DNA from: Acidobacteriota bacterium
GTDB taxonomy: Bacteria; Acidobacteriota; UBA4820; DSQY01
DNA: 43,222 nt
NCBI GenBank assembly: GCA_049967655.1
Contig: JBMFSH010000023.1
Location: forward strand, 1 to 43,222
Direction: 5' to 3'
In this document: positions 42,064 to 43,222 of the stretch, one piece after another
How positions within the stretch are numbered: position 1 is the stretch's first letter
Layout of the letters: each line of letters opens with the position of its first letter
Notes under the pieces: generated by a model
Told to the model about the DNA's origin: nothing
Databases searched by the model: none
The model's input: the letters and a program-made list of their open reading frames with translations, nothing else
Translations under genes and position numbers: made by a program

Positions 42064-42145
42064 GCCCCTCGCCTCGCTCCTGGCCCCCAGCGTCTTGCCC
42101 GCGTCTCGCGCCTCGCGTTTCGCGTCTCTAACCTAGGAGGAGCGG

Positions 42146-42709
42146 GTGGACCTGTGGACCGTTCTGGCTCTGGCCGTGGCGCTCTCCATGGACGCCCTGG
42201 TGGTGGCGGTGGCGACGGGCGCCTCGCTCCGGCAGGTCTCCCGCCGTCAGACCTTCCGGCTGGCCTGGCACTTCGGCCTCTTCCAGGCCCTCATGCCGGT
42301 GGTGGGCTGGGCCTCGGGCATGGCCGTGGTGCGCTTCATCCAGGCCTATGATCACTGGGTGGCCTTCGGGCTCCTCGGATTCATCGGGGGCCGGATGGTC
42401 TGGGCGGGGCTGAAACCGAAGGACGAGGGGGCCGAGACCAAGGACCCTACCCGAGGCCTCAGCCTCATGCTGCTCTCCCTCGCGACGAGCATCGACGCCC
42501 TCGCCGTGGGCTTCAGCCTTTCGCTCCTGAACGTCTCCATCTGGTGGCCCGCGCTCGCCATCGGTTTGGTCACCGCCTCCATCACCGCCGCCGGCTTCCG
42601 CGCCGGCCAGGTCCTCGGCCGCGTGCGAAGGCTGGGGGCCATGGCGGATCTTCTCGGGGGAGTGGTCCTCATTGCCATAGGCTTTGGCATTTTACTGAGG
42701 CACGGCTGA
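42146..42709 (+). CDS. mntP: Manganese efflux pump MntP
   Basis: LSMDA, FGLFQALMP, DHWVAF, ATSIDALAVG. SD AGGAGG. Confidence 0.93.
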   Translation: MDLWTVLALAVALSMDALVVAVATGASLRQVSRRQTFRLAWHFGLFQALMPVVGWASGMAVVRFIQAYDHWVAFGLLGFIGGRMVWAGLKPKDEGAETKDPTRGLSLMLLSLATSIDALAVGFSLSLLNVSIWWPALAIGLVTASITAAGFRAGQVLGRVRRLGAMADLLGGVVLIAIGFGILLRHG

Positions 42710-42795
42710 GGGGTGGGCGGTGGCCCTTGACAAAGTGCCGGGGGGGGTACCATTACTACGCTAAGAGCCACCGCCCGGAAGACGGAAAGGAGGAT

Positions 42796-42999
42796 GTGCT
42801 GAAGCGTGGTATTCTCGTGGGAACGATCGCCGGAGCTCTGCTGTTGGCATTCACGCTGAGCCTGTGGGCCATCTCTGTACAGCCCATGGCGAAGGGAGTG
42901 TATTACACCAGATTCATGGACCCTCAAGGCAATCTTTGCTCGGGCCCTGCTACGCAAGGGTGCTACACCATCGACGTTCCTCTACCTCCGTGGCCGTAA
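42796..42999 (+). CDS. Small exported 67-aa peptide with two cysteines
   Basis: SD AAGGAGG, GTG start, signal-like N-terminus MLKRGILVGTIAGALLLAFTLSLWA, double stop TAATAG. Confidence 0.65.
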   Translation: MLKRGILVGTIAGALLLAFTLSLWAISVQPMAKGVYYTRFMDPQGNLCSGPATQGCYTIDVPLPPWP

Positions 43000-43077
43000 T
43001 AGGGTCTTTCTGAAGGATTCTCGCTAGGTCTCCTGCTGGGCGGTGGCTCTTGGCAATCTGAGGGAGGAGGTTGAAGG

Positions 43078-43222
43078 ATGCGGATGAGAAGCGTGTTCTT
43101 GGCCGTTGTGGCAGCCACTCTCGGTGGTGCGCTCTGGGCTTCGGGCCCACCAGTTCTGCCCACACTGGGGCCTCCCGTGGAGCTGAAGCTCCCCGGCCGG
43201 CCCGCCGCGGTGGCGGATGTCA
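43078..43222 (+). CDS. Exported protein, N-terminal part only (runs off the window)
   Basis: SD GGAGGAGG, then MRMRSVFLAVVAATLGGALWASGPPVLPTLGPP, a signal-peptide-like start open to the window end. Confidence 0.55.
   Translation, partial: MRMRSVFLAVVAATLGGALWASGPPVLPTLGPPVELKLPGRPAAVADV

Noticed and set aside
42064..42145. yybP-ykoY Mn2+ riboswitch expected before mntP
   Set aside because: The spacer is only ~80 nt, filled by pyrimidine-rich heptamer repeats, with no riboswitch consensus.

Overview
GC-rich bacterial chromosomal segment. An Acidobacteriota-like host is an inference from the fused LptF-LptG gene and the CarboxypepD-type TonB-dependent receptor. The left end is accessory: a diverged HicA toxin, an RHH/RelE toxin-antitoxin pair, and an 877-nt group IIC intron whose RT/maturase ORF has been almost completely deleted. 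Next come envelope genes (lptFG fusion, secreted trypsin-PKD protease, CaCA exchanger, M23 peptidase, galU), a DUF2946-like CxxC/RGPP leader peptide ahead of a TonB-dependent receptor, an alcohol dehydrogenase and an EamA transporter. A full kdpFABCDE operon follows, preceded by an extra unannotated membrane micro-peptide. After AI-2E and DUF2231 membrane proteins and murA-rdgB-xerC-suhB lies a ~10 kb c-di-GMP/phosphorelay cluster (FHA-EAL, GAF-HD-GYP, Cys8-REC, Hpt-REC-REC-GGDEF, 5xPAS hybrid kinase, REC). The window ends with glnS, mntP, a small secreted 2-Cys peptide and the start of another exported protein. Many intergenic regions carry short 7-8-nt tandem repeats. All calls come from motif recognition by eye; no database searches were run.
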